From Octopus sinensis (taxonomy: Eukaryota), in assembly GCF_006345805.1 (NCBI RefSeq), contig NC_042998.1, positions 166,346,001 through 166,410,000 on the forward strand: a DNA stretch of 64,000 nucleotides, read 5' to 3'. Both the position numbers and the translations under genes were made by a program. Within the stretch, counting starts at the first letter, position 1. Each line of letters opens with the position of its first letter. This document shows, piece after piece, positions 1 through 13,399 of this stretch. The notes beneath the pieces were generated by a model. That model had not been told where the DNA came from. It did no database searches and saw only the letters and a program-made list of their open reading frames with translations.

Positions 1-177
1 TAAATAGCACGGATTTACTTCCTCGTATTTTCTGAAACCACATCCAACACAACTAAAACGCCACCACCACCTAAAACTACCACAACCACCATCACAACCG
101 CTACCGCTATCATTGTTGCAGCCACCGTCGCCGCTATCACCATCACAGTAACATTTCTACGAATACTATGATCAATC

Positions 178-468
178 GTGGAGGCGCAATGGCCCAGTGG
201 TTAGAAAAGCGGACTCGCGGTTTCGATTCCCAGACCGGGCGTCGAGTGTGTTTATTGAGCGAAAACACCTAAAGCTCCACGAGTCTCCGGCAGGAGGTGG
301 TGGCAACCCCTGTTGTACACTTTCGTCCCAACTTTCTCTCACTCTCTCTTCCTGTTTCTTGAGTAACGCTGCGATGGACTGGCGTCCCGTCCAGCTGGGG
401 TGAACACATACGCCATAGAAACCCGGAAACCAGGCCCATGATCCTGGTTAGACTTGAAAAGGGCGCAT
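178..468 (+). mobile_element. tRNA-derived SINE, family C
   Basis: tRNA-like head GGAGGCGCAATGGCCCAGTGGTTAG...TTCGATTCCC, then a non-tRNA body (GCTGCGATGGACTGGCGTCCCGTCCAGCTGGGG); near-identical body at 37318-37552. Confidence 0.85.
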
Positions 469-980
469 AGATAGACTATGATCAATCACATGCGGTGATT
501 AAATCAGCTCGACCCAATGCAAAAGCTTCTCCGTGGTCGCTCGAACCTGCGGAAATAGCTGTTAAAATCTCTATCAACACATAGCCAAACGTCATTACAT
601 AAACACGCGCGCGCGCACACAAAATCACACACACACCACACACACAAACACAAACATACACAAACACAAGGGATACATTTGAAACTGTAGTCTAAGACAT
701 ACTACAGCTTTAAAAGTCTAGAGAGTCAGGGTTAAAATATATTTTGATATGAGTTCACTCAACCAGGACTGACCTACGGCAACGACGACAACAACAACAC
801 CTATAACTACCGCAACATCATCACCAAACCGTCATCATCATCAATAACAACAACTATTTTGTTTTCATCTTCTTAATTCTACCAACTCTATATGCTGCTA
901 TTTGAATTAACATCAAAATGTTTTTATCCTAATATTCTTATGGGCTTTTGTGGTCCTATTCTTCTTCTACAACTTTTATT

Positions 981-1012
<32 letters not shown>

Positions 1013-1550
1013 TACATACACATACAAACACACATTTAAGCGCAAAATCTTCAAAACACTACAAAACATTCCAAACCAATATTTTCTCTAAAGGCTGTGT
1101 GTGTGTTTCTGTGTTTGCGTGTGTGTATGTGAGTGCGTGTGCGAGCGTGCGCACGCGCATACGTTTATTGTTTAATTGATGATAGCCATCAAAAGCACAA
1201 ATATGCAAATTAAGCTATTCGTTACAGTGATAGTCTAATTTAAGACTGTTTAATTTAGCAGCTGAATATTCTATGCAGTTTATTAAGAAACGAAACCCGA
1301 GTATAACTTTTCTGAAGCCAGTTCAACAAACCACAAAACAATTCCGTACATCAAAAGCATTAAAAGAATGTACTCGCATTCTCATTTGTTTCACAGCTAT
1401 GCTTTCTATTTGAATTTATTCATTTCTACTACTGTTGTTGTTCTAAAGAATATAGAATTGGCAGAAACGGTTGAATGCTAGATTATCACGCGTCTAAATT
1501 TACCAAATCTAATCCATACCCTTTTCCCCTTCATAGTTTGACAATGATGA

Positions 1551-1889
1551 TGACCCCCTTCGGTCAGAGACTGACCATGGGTTTGCACCTAGAGAGTTAC
1601 CCTCTGAGGCACAAGTCTGGGCAAGGTTGTTTTATTGGAAGACCAGCAGTCGCCCATGCATACCGGCCTCCCCTCTCCACGCCACCAGTGTTGTCCAAGG
1701 GAAAGGCAAGGGCCGATACAGCTTGGCACTCGTGACGTCGCAACTCATTTCTACAGCTGAGTGAACTGGAGCAACGTGAAAATAAAGTGTCTTGCTCAAG
1801 AACACAACACGCAGCCCGGTCCGGGATTCGAGCTCACAACCTCACGATCGTAAGCTAGACGCTCTAACCACTGAGCCACGCGCCTTCAC
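1551..1889 (-). mobile_element. tRNA-derived SINE, family C head with RTE-like tail
   Basis: Reverse strand GTGAAGGCGCGTGGCTCAGTGGTTAGAGCG...GAGCTCGAATCCC head; tail recurs at 56092-56272. Confidence 0.85.
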
Positions 1890-2011
1890 TGTTTGACAAT
1901 AACACACTATAAATTTGTGACTTTGTGTTAAATGGAGAAATCATTATTTTCAGGGGTCTGCTCATGTAGATTTTTAACAGGACGTTTGTATAAGTGTGCG
2001 TTGTATGCAAG

Positions 2012-2368
2012 GTGAAGTCACGTGGCTAAATGATTATGACATTCCGCTCACGATCATAAGGTCGTAAGTTCGATTCCCGGCAGTGCGTTATGTCCTTAGT
2101 TCGATTCCTGGCAGTGCGTTATGTCCTTGATCAAGACACACTATTTCACGTTGTTCCAGCCAACTCAACTGGTAAAAATTCGTCGTACATGTATTTCAAA
2201 GGGCCAGCCTTGTCACATTCTATGTCATGTTGAATCTTCCTGGGAACTACGTTAAGGGTATGCATGTCTGAAGAGCGCTCAGCCACTTGCACGTTAATTT
2301 CAAGAGCAGGCTGTTCTGTTGACTGGATCAACTGGAACTCTTGTCGTCGTAACCGACGTAGTCTCAGT
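2012..2368 (+). mobile_element. tRNA-derived SINE, family C head with second tail type; internal ~31-bp tandem duplication
   Basis: Degenerate head; TTCGATTCCYGGCAGTGCGTTATGTCCTT occurs twice; tail matches 5657-5970 and 59822-60008 in reverse. Confidence 0.75.
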
Positions 2369-2908
2369 TTAATGTGTATATGTATGTATTTATAAAAAGC
2401 GTTTGTTCAGGGTTTGTATGCATTTATTTATGAATGAAACCTTAAGGTTACCTGCGTATGATTGCATAGGTTACATACATATCTTACTCAACGTGCATAC
2501 GTTTGGTAGTTTTAGTACTCTGTTCGGATACATGACTGATGTTTTTAACAAATGCTTCATCATAATAATTCTCATTTATTTTACTACGTAGACATATCAA
2601 CAATTCTTATATTCTATAACGTTGACATCATCACTTTTAGCTACGGAAAATATTGCAGGGTTGAACATGCTCTAAGATTTGGCATTTGAATCCTGAAATG
2701 TCTTTCTGAATTAGCATTATGTTTGATGCTCCCGGTTGATAAAATATTTACCAATATTTACTGGTATCTAATCACTTGGTTAATTCCTATTTTCTCACAA
2801 TAGTGGCAATGTAACAAGATATATTACATTCATGCACAAGAACACTCACACATAAGCATACATACGTAAATATGTGTACAAAGACAGACACTAGCATAAA
2901 TCACACAG

Positions 2909-3030
2909 AAGATCGCTATCGCTGTATTTCTGCAATCGCAAGGTCGATGAGGACAAGTTTTGGTGCTGTGAATATTCGGTGCAATTTTCTGCAAAAAATG
3001 CTAGGAGTATTTTGGCAGTTGATATTTATT
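2909..3030 (+). CDS. Weak candidate isolated coding exon, product unknown
   Basis: Stop-free frame RSLSLYFCNRKVDEDKFWCCEYSVQFSAKNARSILAVDIY ending at T|GTAAGT; acceptor (CACACAG) has a poor pyrimidine tract. Confidence 0.25.
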
Positions 3031-3420
3031 GTAAGTTATGGAGGTGAAATAAGGGCAGTGTATATGCTTTGTCACACTAGATATATTACAGTACGTAATC
3101 TGCCATCTCATATTACTAAGTTCATATCTACATGTCAACGAAGGAGCCTCTACGTGGCCGCTCTATCTTGAAGAACCAGCTGCCAAATTTCCTTTAAAAA
3201 CCATCATGAATGTTTTTAAAAAATGAATGACACATTTCACAACGTAATTCCGCAATAAATTGATGAGATTCTCATGATAGTAGAATTCCTACAAAACTAA
3301 CAGCAGCAACAGAATCAAATTGACCAAACGTCATTTCACCTCGGAGTAAGGTTAAAAACTAAGGTTAATGAATTCGTCTGTATTTCTTCTGTAAATAGTT
3401 GTCGAAGAAACTGCCCAAGT

Positions 3421-3461
<41 letters not shown>

Positions 3462-3484
3462 CGATTATTATTATCATTATTACT

Positions 3485-3672
3485 AAGGCGGGAGCTGGCC
3501 TAATGCTTAGCAACATTTCGTCCGTCTTTACGTTCTGAATTCAAATTCCGCCGCGGTCAACTTTGCCTTTCATCCTTTTGAGGTCGATAGAATAAGTACC
3601 AGTTGAGCACTGGGATCAATGTAATCGACTTAACCCCGCCCCTGATATTGCTGGCCTTGTGCCAAAATTTGA
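3485..3672 (+). mobile_element. tRNA-derived SINE, family A
   Basis: GGCGGGAGCTGGC head, TTCAAATTCC B-box-like motif, core GGTCAACTTTGCCTTTCATCC...GGTCGATAGAATAAGTACCAG (resembles the MetaSINE core from memory, unverified). Confidence 0.85.
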
Positions 3673-3733
3673 AATCATCATCATCATCATCATCATCATT
3701 ATCATCATCATTATTATTATTATTATTATTATT

Positions 3734-4284
3734 GAGTGAGCGAGCAGAGCATGCCATCAAAGTGACACTGGGGTAAAATATACGAAGCCCAGTATACCCA
3801 TCATGACTACCCGTCTGATAAGGGTACACCAGGCACATGCATCACACCATATGTGCGCGACATGGTGATCTCATATCAAGATAAACAGCACATGACCTTG
3901 CAGGTGGCCCAGTTAGAATTTTCTTCAGATCGAGTAACCCATCCCGCTCAAAAGGTCCCTGAATAAGGGTTGTCTAAGGACGTTGAATGAAACACCCATG
4001 TTTCCAGAGGTGAATTATTCAAACCCCAAGAATCCTTCTCAACACATGGCTATGATGCTCCCCCACTACTTCTGCTCGTGATCAGAGATGCACATACCGT
4101 CAGCCACTAAGGGACATGCTCAACTGGTTACGGTCAAACAACTGACAAGCAATCTCTGTGGTATTGAGCAGACTATTTGCTGTAGCCCATCTTTTATACC
4201 AAGACAAAACAATGTACATGATAACACTTCAAATCAGTTAAGATCAGAAGCCATGAGAGCCACTGCCTGGTACTGCATCAGGGC

Positions 4285-4287
<3 letters not shown>
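3734..4287 (-). mobile_element. ~550-bp non-coding dispersed repeat embedded in (TAA)n, longest copy
   Basis: Same sequence at 50556-50960 and 51145-51643 in opposite orientation; TTA/TAA arrays on both sides. Confidence 0.85.
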
Positions 4288-4353
<66 letters not shown>

Positions 4354-5019
4354 CATTATTATTATTTTAAACTTTTTGACTCGGCCTCATGCGATTTAAA
4401 GTTTCGTAGACTTCTTACAGAAACGTAGCTCGTCGGGCTGAGTTAACCGAAAGGAGAGATGCATAAAGTCCAACAGGCTTACCAGAAACTGGGCTGCCAT
4501 AGGTCAAAGCGGGTCACACGGAGTTGTTTATATATATATATATTACATATTATATATAAACAATGAGTAATACATATCGTCAGTTTAAGAGCGGCATTGT
4601 TAACAAGTATTGCGCATTGAGATCAAACAATTAAGATCTAAGTTCGGCCTTCGTTAGAGACTAACGTTTTTTGTATTCAGGTTTAGTGTTATGTTTTCAG
4701 GTTTGTATACTATGATTCTAGACTAAATTGTTTGAATTATTAATTCGCGATTCTCTAAGTTTGTTTACTGTCTGTTCGTGTTGTGGGATACGGTGAATTT
4801 GACTATAGGAAATCTACCACTGGAGGTAGATTCACACTATTGATACATTCTAGCATAAACATTGCAAACCACGTGATTTAATATTTAAGTAACTACATAG
4901 CTATCCCAATTTTGCAGTGAAAATTTCATCTCTGTGTTTCTTAACCCAAAAATATATAAGTATCATTTCAGAATCATGAATAAATACTAATAAGATTATG
5001 CAGCACTTATAATTCTATC

Positions 5020-5270
5020 AACGACTTGAGAAAGCGAGAAAGCTTCAGAGCAAATCGAATAGAACGCATCAATGACGATATGGCATTCAATCAACTAAAA
5101 GGAAATATTACTCATCAGGGGATACAATCTTGAAAAGTGTGTATGGTTACCTAAGAAACATTGATAACAAACTCGAAAGAAACAATAACATAAAAACTGA
5201 ATCGGTAAGACTAGCACTAAACAAGATGTCCACAAAATGGGAAGCGAATCACCTCAAGACAGTTTCTCAG
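5020..5270 (+). pseudogene. Possible highly decayed R4/Dong-like non-LTR fragment
   Basis: Frame ...IKTESVRLALNKMSTKW loosely resembles the region before RT domain 1 of REL elements; interrupted. Confidence 0.3.
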
Positions 5271-5429
5271 GGTTGTTGTAAAAAGCAGCATTGATATATG
5301 AATCTGAATAGCATATTAAGTGGAACAAATACCAATATGTTAAAGAGGATAAAGAAAGTTTCAAGGCAACATTTACCGAACAATGAATTGTATATTATAT
5401 AATACACACACACACATATATATATATAT

Positions 5430-5499
<70 letters not shown>

Positions 5500-5502
<3 letters not shown>

Positions 5503-5655
5503 GGGCAAGTTTACGAAAAAAACAAAAGACGAAGACAGGTGGTGCACAAAACAAACAGATGTATTAGTATAACGCTCAGGAATAGAAAAAGTCTTTTACG
5601 TTTCGTGCCTACGCTCTTCTACAGAAAGGTACACAGTAAAAACAAGGAGAAGGTA
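5500..5655 (-). mobile_element. Penelope pLTR-like fragment with degenerate HHR-like motif
   Basis: Minus strand CTGTAGA-A-GAGC-GTAG-GCAC-GAAA (about 5590-5630); core mutated and no NUH triplet; abuts a TA microsatellite. Confidence 0.5.
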
Positions 5656-5656
5656 C

Positions 5657-5970
5657 TCCGTCGGTTACGACGAGGGATCTAATTGATCCAATCAACGGAA
5701 CAACTTGCTCTTGAAATTAACGTGCAAGTGGCTGTGATCTTCATAGACACTCATACCCTCAACCTGGTTCTCAGGGGGATACAGCGTGACACGGAATGTC
5801 TCAAGTTTAACCCTTTGAAGTACAACTACACTCCATTTTTGCCAGCTAAGTTGACTGGGGCAACATCAGATAAAATGTCTTGCTGGAAGACACTACGCGC
5901 TGCCGGATATCGGACCCATGACCTTACGATCGTGGGCGAATACCCTAGCCACTAAACCGCACGTTTTCAC
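5657..5970 (-). mobile_element. tRNA-derived SINE, family C with second tail type
   Basis: Reverse of 2012-2368 architecture. Confidence 0.8.
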
Positions 5971-6522
5971 CGGAAACATACAATTCTTAAGAGAAACCGT
6001 TGGCACAGACTTATGTTTATGTGGCTGCGTTAGCGAAGAAAAGATTAAGCTGTGCATATATGGTAAAAAATTTTTTTTTTAAACGCAGAACCAGACTTTG
6101 TCGGACTTTTTTGCAGTAGATGTTAGAAGAGATATATGCCTTGAAATAAACTGCTGTAAAAAGATGGAGGAGAGTGAAATATAGAAGAGACTGGTCAATG
6201 GGATCCAACTGCCCTCACTAAATCAGTTATAATTTATACTGATTTTCTATAAAGAAATCATAGCTTCCAGAAGCATTTCGAGGCCGTCCCTCTTGTGGCA
6301 CTCGATGCTGATGATATCAAAACAGCTTGAAATGCTTTCATCGTTCTACAAGAAGGCTCCATGAGATGACTATTGGTGCTCTGACGCCTATTGCCTGAAG
6401 CGAGAATTTTCCCCATGGCAAACTACTGTGAAAACGGCATTTTACTGGTTAAGTAAGTTCCAAAATAATCTAAATACTTAATGCACAACACTGCTTTCAC
6501 ATGTATATACTAAGTATATGTA

Positions 6523-6883
6523 CAGGGGTGTTCATTAAGGATTCCTTTGACCCACTTCCCAAAGACTGGCATGAACGAAACTTCGCATAATTATTAGTTC
6601 TTCTCTATATAGACACCACCAATGGTGACACACTTCCCCCATCGCTTTACCTCAGAAATATCATCATTATCCGAAAAGTGCTTCCCCTTCAAAAAAGACT
6701 TCATGGTTGGAAAGAGGAGGAATTCAGATGGTCCGAGGTCGGTAGAGTAAGAGGGATAAGGAAATATTTCATAGTGGAGGAGTATGCTCTCATCTGGGCA
6801 ACATGCGCATTGTGAACTGGGGTGTTGTCTTGGAGATGGTGGACTCCTTTGGTCAACATGCCAGCCACTCTGCTTTGACGGCG
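6523..6883 (-). mobile_element. mariner transposase C-terminal remnant with terminal repeat
   Basis: HHLQDNTPVH (DNA motif) and YPSYSTDLGPSEFLLFPTMK (YSPDLAPSDF motif), KCVTIGGVYIEK end, TA-CAGGGGTG terminus at 6521. Confidence 0.85.
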
Positions 6884-7306
6884 CGTACGTGCGTGCGCGC
6901 GTGTGTGTGTATATGCGTGCATGTGTGTGTGTGTGTGTGTATGTGTGCATAGCAATGTATTTTAACGATAGTTCGCAAAATATTCCTATATATTTACACT
7001 GTTTGGATATGCATTTTAAAACAATATGCCTGTTTCTATATCCACAATAAACGTTGTATAACAATAAATGTTGAGGTGCAGTCACACAAAGATCAAATCA
7101 GAACAAGTAGATTTAAATTTGAAATTTAATCTATTCGTGTTCGTCCTGATTTTCATTGTAAAATAGCACAATGTTTTATGTTTAAAAGGAAAGGATGTAA
7201 TTTGAGCTTTCTTACGTGTTATTTCTAGCAAGTAGACCTACTTCATAAAGACTACCAAGACCGTTTCATCCTAGAGCGTTTATATATATATATATAATAT
7301 ATATGA

Positions 7307-7500
7307 ATATTGGTTTCAAATTTTGGCACAAGGCCAGCAGTGCGGGTCAGGGGTAAGTCTAATATATCGATCCCACTGCTCAACTGGTACTTATTTTATC
7401 GACTTCAAAAGGATGAAAGACAAAGTCAACTTCGGCGGAGTTTGAACTCAGAAAGTAAAGGTGGACAAAATGCCGCTAAGCCTTCTGCCAGCTCGCCACC
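7307..7500 (-). mobile_element. SINE family A
   Basis: Reverse-complement of family A head and core. Confidence 0.85.
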
Positions 7501-7541
7501 CTATATCTATATATGATTATCAGTATGCCAGTTAATACCGG

Positions 7542-7589
<48 letters not shown>

Positions 7590-7607
7590 TATATACGGAG
7601 ACCAATC

Positions 7608-7675
7608 ACACCAGCATCGGTTGTCAAGCGATGTTGCGGGGACAAACACAGACACACAAACACACACACACACAC

Positions 7676-7726
<51 letters not shown>

Positions 7727-7909
7727 ACATACATTTATATATATATATACATATATACGACGGGTTTTTTTCAGTTTCCGTCTACCAAATCCACTCACAA
7801 GGCTTTGGTCGGCCCGAGGCTATAGTAGAAGACAATTGCACAAGGTGCCATGCAGTAGAACTGAACCCGGAACCATGTGGTTGGTAAGCAAGCTACTTAC
7901 CAGACAGCC
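7608..7909 (-). mobile_element. SINE family B (bipartite, internal CA/TA microsatellite, CORE-like CCTTGGGCAAG motif)
   Basis: Matches + strand copy 16861-17250. Confidence 0.85.
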
Positions 7910-7981
<72 letters not shown>

Positions 7982-8693
7982 TGAGAGAGAGAGATAGCTA
8001 GATAGATAGATACATAGATACATATATTCATATATACATGCATACGTACGTATATATATAAATATATGCATACATATACATACACGTTGTTATACATACA
8101 TACAACCCCCACACACATACATATGTATGCACTTGAGAGTGCGTGTATGTACTGCTTCTATAAATCGTTTTAATCGTTTAATCACAGCTACATTTGACAT
8201 GATGACATGAACTCATTGACCTTTTGATTGTGTACGCAAACTACTACGTCTCTGTGTTTTATGTGCATTTGTCTGAATGTATGTGTGTGTGAGGGTTAGT
8301 TTACATACAGACATATATATACATACATAAATACATACATACATAGATTCATACATACACACATACACACATACATATATACATACATACATACATATAT
8401 ACATGCATACAGAACATGCTTTCATACATACATGCATACATATATACGTACATACATGCAAACACGTACACACATGCGTATATGTGTGCGTGATTTAATA
8501 TAGCACAAATTCCGATATATATATATGTGTTTACATGCATTAAGAAATATAAGGAGTAATTGTACACATATATACGCATACATACGCATATCAAATACAA
8601 ACATATATATATAAACATATATATGTATATATGTGTGTGTATATATATCGTCCATCATCTTCATCATCATCATAATCATCATGTTTAGCGTCC

Positions 8694-8757
<64 letters not shown>

Positions 8758-8790
8758 GTGTGTGTGTGTGTGTATATATATCAGACCTGG
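7910..8790. repeat. Compound (GATA)n/(CATA)n/(TA)n/(TG)n microsatellite block
   Basis: Directly visible. Confidence 0.95.
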
Positions 8791-9529
8791 TCCAACTCGC
8801 ATTATCCGAGAATGATCTCATATTATAAATGTTTCTTTTATTTTCTTGCTTGTTTAATAATATATTTGTGTCTGTAAAACTCCCAACATTCCGATGGTCT
8901 CGAAGTCATAAGCATTTAATAAGTCGTTATCGTTGTTTGTACATGACTTAACCGATAATAAGCTGCCACCTACCTTCTACCGAATTCGAATATGGCCGGA
9001 CTTTCAGTCACGGCTTCTCCTTACATGATTAAGCTATGTGTCTTGTTGCGACTGCACCTAAAAGAAAATGGACGCATTCACCCTAATTCTCGAGTATATA
9101 GATTAAACGCTACGCTGGACATAACACACCTATGTTAATTGACTTCTTACTTCTGTCGCATACACCACACATCGACACTATTTTGCCGTGTACAGCCGCA
9201 CACGGAGACCACATTTACAATTAAACAATATGTGTGGAATTTTTATTGTATTTTGGTGTGTGTGGTTGTGTATGTGTATGTCTGTTGTCCTCGCGGTCAC
9301 TGACTCACATTTACGCACAAAACCACATCAGTTACGTATTGATGCATTAACATGAACTTATGGCTTACCCTTATAATATAGGCGTTCAGGCACAAACAAA
9401 CGTGAGCGTGTGCGCATGTTCACCTACTGTTGCGCACAAACTCACATATCAACATGTCTCCCACAGACATATACACAGTAGGTGAACATATACGTATATA
9501 TATAAATATATATATATATATATGAATAA

Positions 9530-10930
9530 ATGAAAGAATGGAGTCGAACGAAGATGTCAACAAAATTCCTTTACTCTCGACATATGTTTCGAAGACAATT
9601 GAGGGTAATGTCTAAGAAGTTGGCTTTAGTTAATTCATCGTCAAAAACGATGCGCAAGCCCATTCTACTAAAAAACCTAACTAATCTGTTCTTAACCTTC
9701 TGTATTTTTTGGTTCGAAACGTTTTGGAGGTAAAGCAGACAATCGTCGCGATAAAGACCTTCACAGATGTCCGGGAATTGGTCGGCTATTTCATAAAGAA
9801 TTTAAATTCCGACCATATCGGCTATCTGGGCGCTGTCTGTACTTCACATTAATACATCATACGCATTAGGAGTATCTCTGCGGACCCACAACTGCTATCG
9901 AACTGGATGAAAGATTTCCTAGCAGTCAATATCACACTAATTTCCTCCCTGGAGAGGCCTGCCTATTGTGTGCGTGCCATAGTCCTTATTAAGTATAATA
10001 GGTTTGATTGAAGAATAGAAACTAGATATATCGAATTGGATAAATTTAGTGTTGGCCTTATCAGTAATAGAAGTAAACCAATCTACGACTTGAACAGAAT
10101 TGGATCAAAGCTAAGTTTTAATTTATTAATTAATATAGGGATATACTTATCTAATATGTATTTACTAAGGGAACCGATGTCTGAACTGGAAGGGCATATG
10201 AGCCGCAATGCTGGGTTAGTATGAAAGTTCTGCTTGTGGTCCTTTAAGATGAGTCTGGGTTGCCTAGGGTTCAATGGTTCCGTCTTCATCTGTAATCCGT
10301 AAGTTTCCATAACCTGTTTAGTTTCTAAGTTGGCCTGCCTGAGAGTATTGCTACTGGTGGTCCTGTAATTCTTATGTATCTCCTTTTCGAGCAGTTCCAA
10401 ATAATGGCTCTTGGTAAGCTTATAGATGTTGCCGGTTTTATCCGATTGGACCAGGATAAAATCCAAGTTGTTTATATCTCTAGAGACGTTACCGAGGTAT
10501 CTGAGGTGCTTATTCCTGAGGGGTGATTTATGAAATCTAATATTCTTTACGATGTCCCAAAGATCATCTTCGAATTTCTTCAATCTAGGATTAGGTGGAG
10601 GAGTGCCCCTCGATTTAAATAGTTTTTTATATTCAAGGGAGACGTCATTACTGGTCCGTTTTAGGTCCTCATTGTCGTGGAAGAAGGCGAGCCATCTGAT
10701 GCGGATGATAAATGCATTGGTCTTGTTAATAATTTCCTTAAGGAAGGCTTTTTTCGGTGGTATAGGGATATCCTTAAGGGAGGCGTTAATATTGAACAAC
10801 TCCATTTGCGGTATCGGTTATGTTAGCAGGTTCTCACCCTTGGACATTCGCTTCAACCGTGTTTCTGACGTGAATTTGTTACCCAGGTTTCGGTTAAACG
10901 AATTTCCATGCTCATGATAAACATAGGATA
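9530..10930 (-). mobile_element. Penelope-like retroelement, decayed RT with intact 240-codon N-terminal ORF (10083-10805)
   Basis: N-terminus NASLKDIPIPPKKAF...FIIRIRWLAFF; after frameshifts FIQFDISSFY (about 10020-10050), AQIADMVG, catalytic GLYRDDCL (about 9737-9760), ANFLDITLN; GIY-YIG part absent. Confidence 0.9.
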
Positions 10931-11024
10931 ATTCATTCACCTATTTAAATATATATTGATTGATTGATTCTTAGTTTTCGCTTATGAGCTGGGGCATGCT
11001 GGGGCACCGCCACATCTATATATA

Positions 11025-11072
<48 letters not shown>

Positions 11073-11141
11073 TATATATATAGTAACGTATGTATGTATG
11101 TATATAAAATATTCATACAACACACACACAAACCCCATATA

Positions 11142-11312
11142 GGTACAGGAGTGGTTGTGTGGTAAGTAGCTTGCTAACCAACCACATGGTTCCGGGTTCA
11201 GTCCCACTGCGTGGCATCCTGGGCAAGTGTCTTCTGCTATAGCCCCCGGGCCGACCAGTGCCTTGTGAGTGGATTTGGCAGACGGAAATGACTGAAACAA
11301 GTAAAAGAGTAA
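11142..11312 (+). mobile_element. SINE family B, 5' half
   Basis: GGAGTGGTTGTGTGGTAAG...GGTTCAGTCCC...CCTGGGCAAGTGTCTTC. Confidence 0.85.
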
Positions 11313-11551
11313 AGAGAGAGTATATATGTATATATGTATATATAAACACACACACAGATATTTATATACATATATATATATATATGTATGTATGTATTAA
11401 GTATGTATATCTATCGATCAGAAGAATAGTGATGGGTGTATGGCATTTTTCAATTAGTTACGATCGTTTCGATAACTGATGGAATTGTTCTATCAATCAA
11501 CATGATACATTACATGTATAACAATATAAAAAAAACGTTATACATACATCA

Positions 11552-11685
11552 TCATCGTTTAACGTCCGCTTTCCATGCTAGCATGGGTTGGACGGTTCAA
11601 CTGGGGTCTGGGAAGCCCGAAGGCTGCACCAGGCCAGTCAGGTCTGGCAGTGTTTCTACAGCTGGATGCCCTTCCTAACGCCACA
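11552..11685 (-). mobile_element. RTE-type SINE tail ending in (GAT)n
   Basis: Minus strand GGCGTTAGGAAGGGCATCCAGCTG...GGACGTTAAACGATGATG. Confidence 0.6.
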
Positions 11686-11695
11686 TATATATATA

Positions 11696-11760
<65 letters not shown>

Positions 11761-11983
11761 GTACAGAGAGTAACAGAAAGGGAAGAGAGAGGAGAGACCC
11801 TCAGCACGTAAGGGGGACAGAGATAATAAAATAGAAATACAGGAATACATGAAGACACTGACACAAACGTTTTCATTTATGTATATTTGGGTTTGCATGT
11901 GTTTATATGTTTATATGTATGTGTATAGCATTCGTGGTCACGAACGAGTTTAAGCCAGAAAATATTTATATAACAAGGGTGTA

Positions 11984-12295
11984 TTGAAAGAAAGAAAGAA
12001 AGAAAAGAAAAGAAAAGAAGAAGAAGAAAGAAAAAAGAAGAAAGGGAAGAAAGAAAGAAGAAAGAAAAAAGAAAGAATGACGAAAGAAGAGAAGAAGAAG
12101 AAAGAGGAGGAGGAGAAGAAGAAGGAGGAGGAGAAGAAAAAAGAAGGAGGAGGAGGAGGAGGAGAAGAGAAGAAGAAGAAGAAAGAAACTAAGAACAGAA
12201 AGGTAAAGAAGAGAAGAAAGAAGAAGAGGGAAGAAGAAGAAGAAGAAGAAGAAGAAGAAGAAGAAGAAGAAGAAGAAGAAGAAGAAGAAGAAACA
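11984..12295. repeat. Compound (GAA)n/(GGA)n homopurine tract, ~310 bp
   Basis: Almost pyrimidine-free + strand; explains the K/E/R-rich ORF 11984-12307. Confidence 0.95.
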
Positions 12296-12537
12296 ATGCA
12301 AGTATGAAGTGCCGAGAGAGAGAAAAGGGGAAAAATGATGAAAAAGGTAAAAATTATTGCTAAAAGAAGAAAAAAAAAACTGTGTGAGGTGACAGTTCTA
12401 AACAGACGAAAACTAATATGACTGAGTTTATGGAGCCAACGATATATTTGCTGTCTTTTTATGATAACCGACACTGTTTTTCTAACGACAATGAATATAA
12501 ATACAATCTTTTAGTCCTTGCCTTTAAAGTTATCGTA

Positions 12538-12614
<77 letters not shown>

Positions 12615-12989
12615 GACCAGCAGTGGTCTTATTTTATTGCGTGCTTTCGCTGCACCAATGAGTGCAGCTCTGTGCGCCTAAAAGTATTATTTTATTTCAT
12701 ATTGGTGTTTTGTTTTTCATTAACAGTATTCTACGTAATATTTGCTACCATGTTTTGTACTGCTATTTCCCGTTTGTTGTACGTTATTGCTTGGATCTGG
12801 TGTTTTTCCTTGTGTATTTATCTCCAAATTATTTAATCGTTCTTAAGGCACCTGTTTCAACCTGTTATTATTCTGATCATTTTAATATCATTATTTTTGG
12901 ACAATTTCTTCATTTCTTTTCGGGATATGTAATCTTTTGTATTGATTCTTCGATTAGAAAACATTGCTTTTACTAGGATCTCCAGATAT

Positions 12990-13250
12990 CATCATCCGAC
13001 TGTTTGGCCTTGATCTATCTATCTTTCTATGTTGATTGACTCATCCTAGGGCATGGTTGCTTCGTCATCATCATTGTTCGACTGTGGTCGAGGAGAAAAG
13101 TAGAAATTGCCTCGTTTTCAGCTCTACAACAATGTCCAGCAAACTGGACTCTCCTACCTTTCACAAGAGATGACACAGGTGGTAGTTTCCCATATATTTG
13201 CATTTTGGTTGGATGACGCTTCCACGAGAGGTTTTCAGCTCTCATAAGGA
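12990..13250 (-). mobile_element. RTE-clade LINE 3' remnant
   Basis: LSWKRHPTKMQIYGKLPPVS...RRVQFAGHCCR matches the post-RT region of RTE/RTE-X elements. Confidence 0.75.
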
Positions 13251-13399
13251 AGTGAGGCTTCGTACTATATATACCTGGTAGCTTACTTTTTCTGCCACAT
13301 TGCGTGCTCGTTTCTTTTTTGAATCAGTTATTTTATTATTAATTTTCTATATAAATGAATCTATATCATTTAACTTGCTGCTTTTTTTTTACACGAACT

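Noticed and set aside
178-260. tRNA gene
   Set aside because: No closing acceptor stem; continues into a dispersed SINE body
6010-6480. Possible hAT transposase relic
   Set aside because: Only a 4-residue AFRG similarity; no TIR or further motif
11984-12307. K/E/R-rich 107-aa ORF resembling a coiled-coil protein
   Set aside because: Entirely the GAA/GGA repeat
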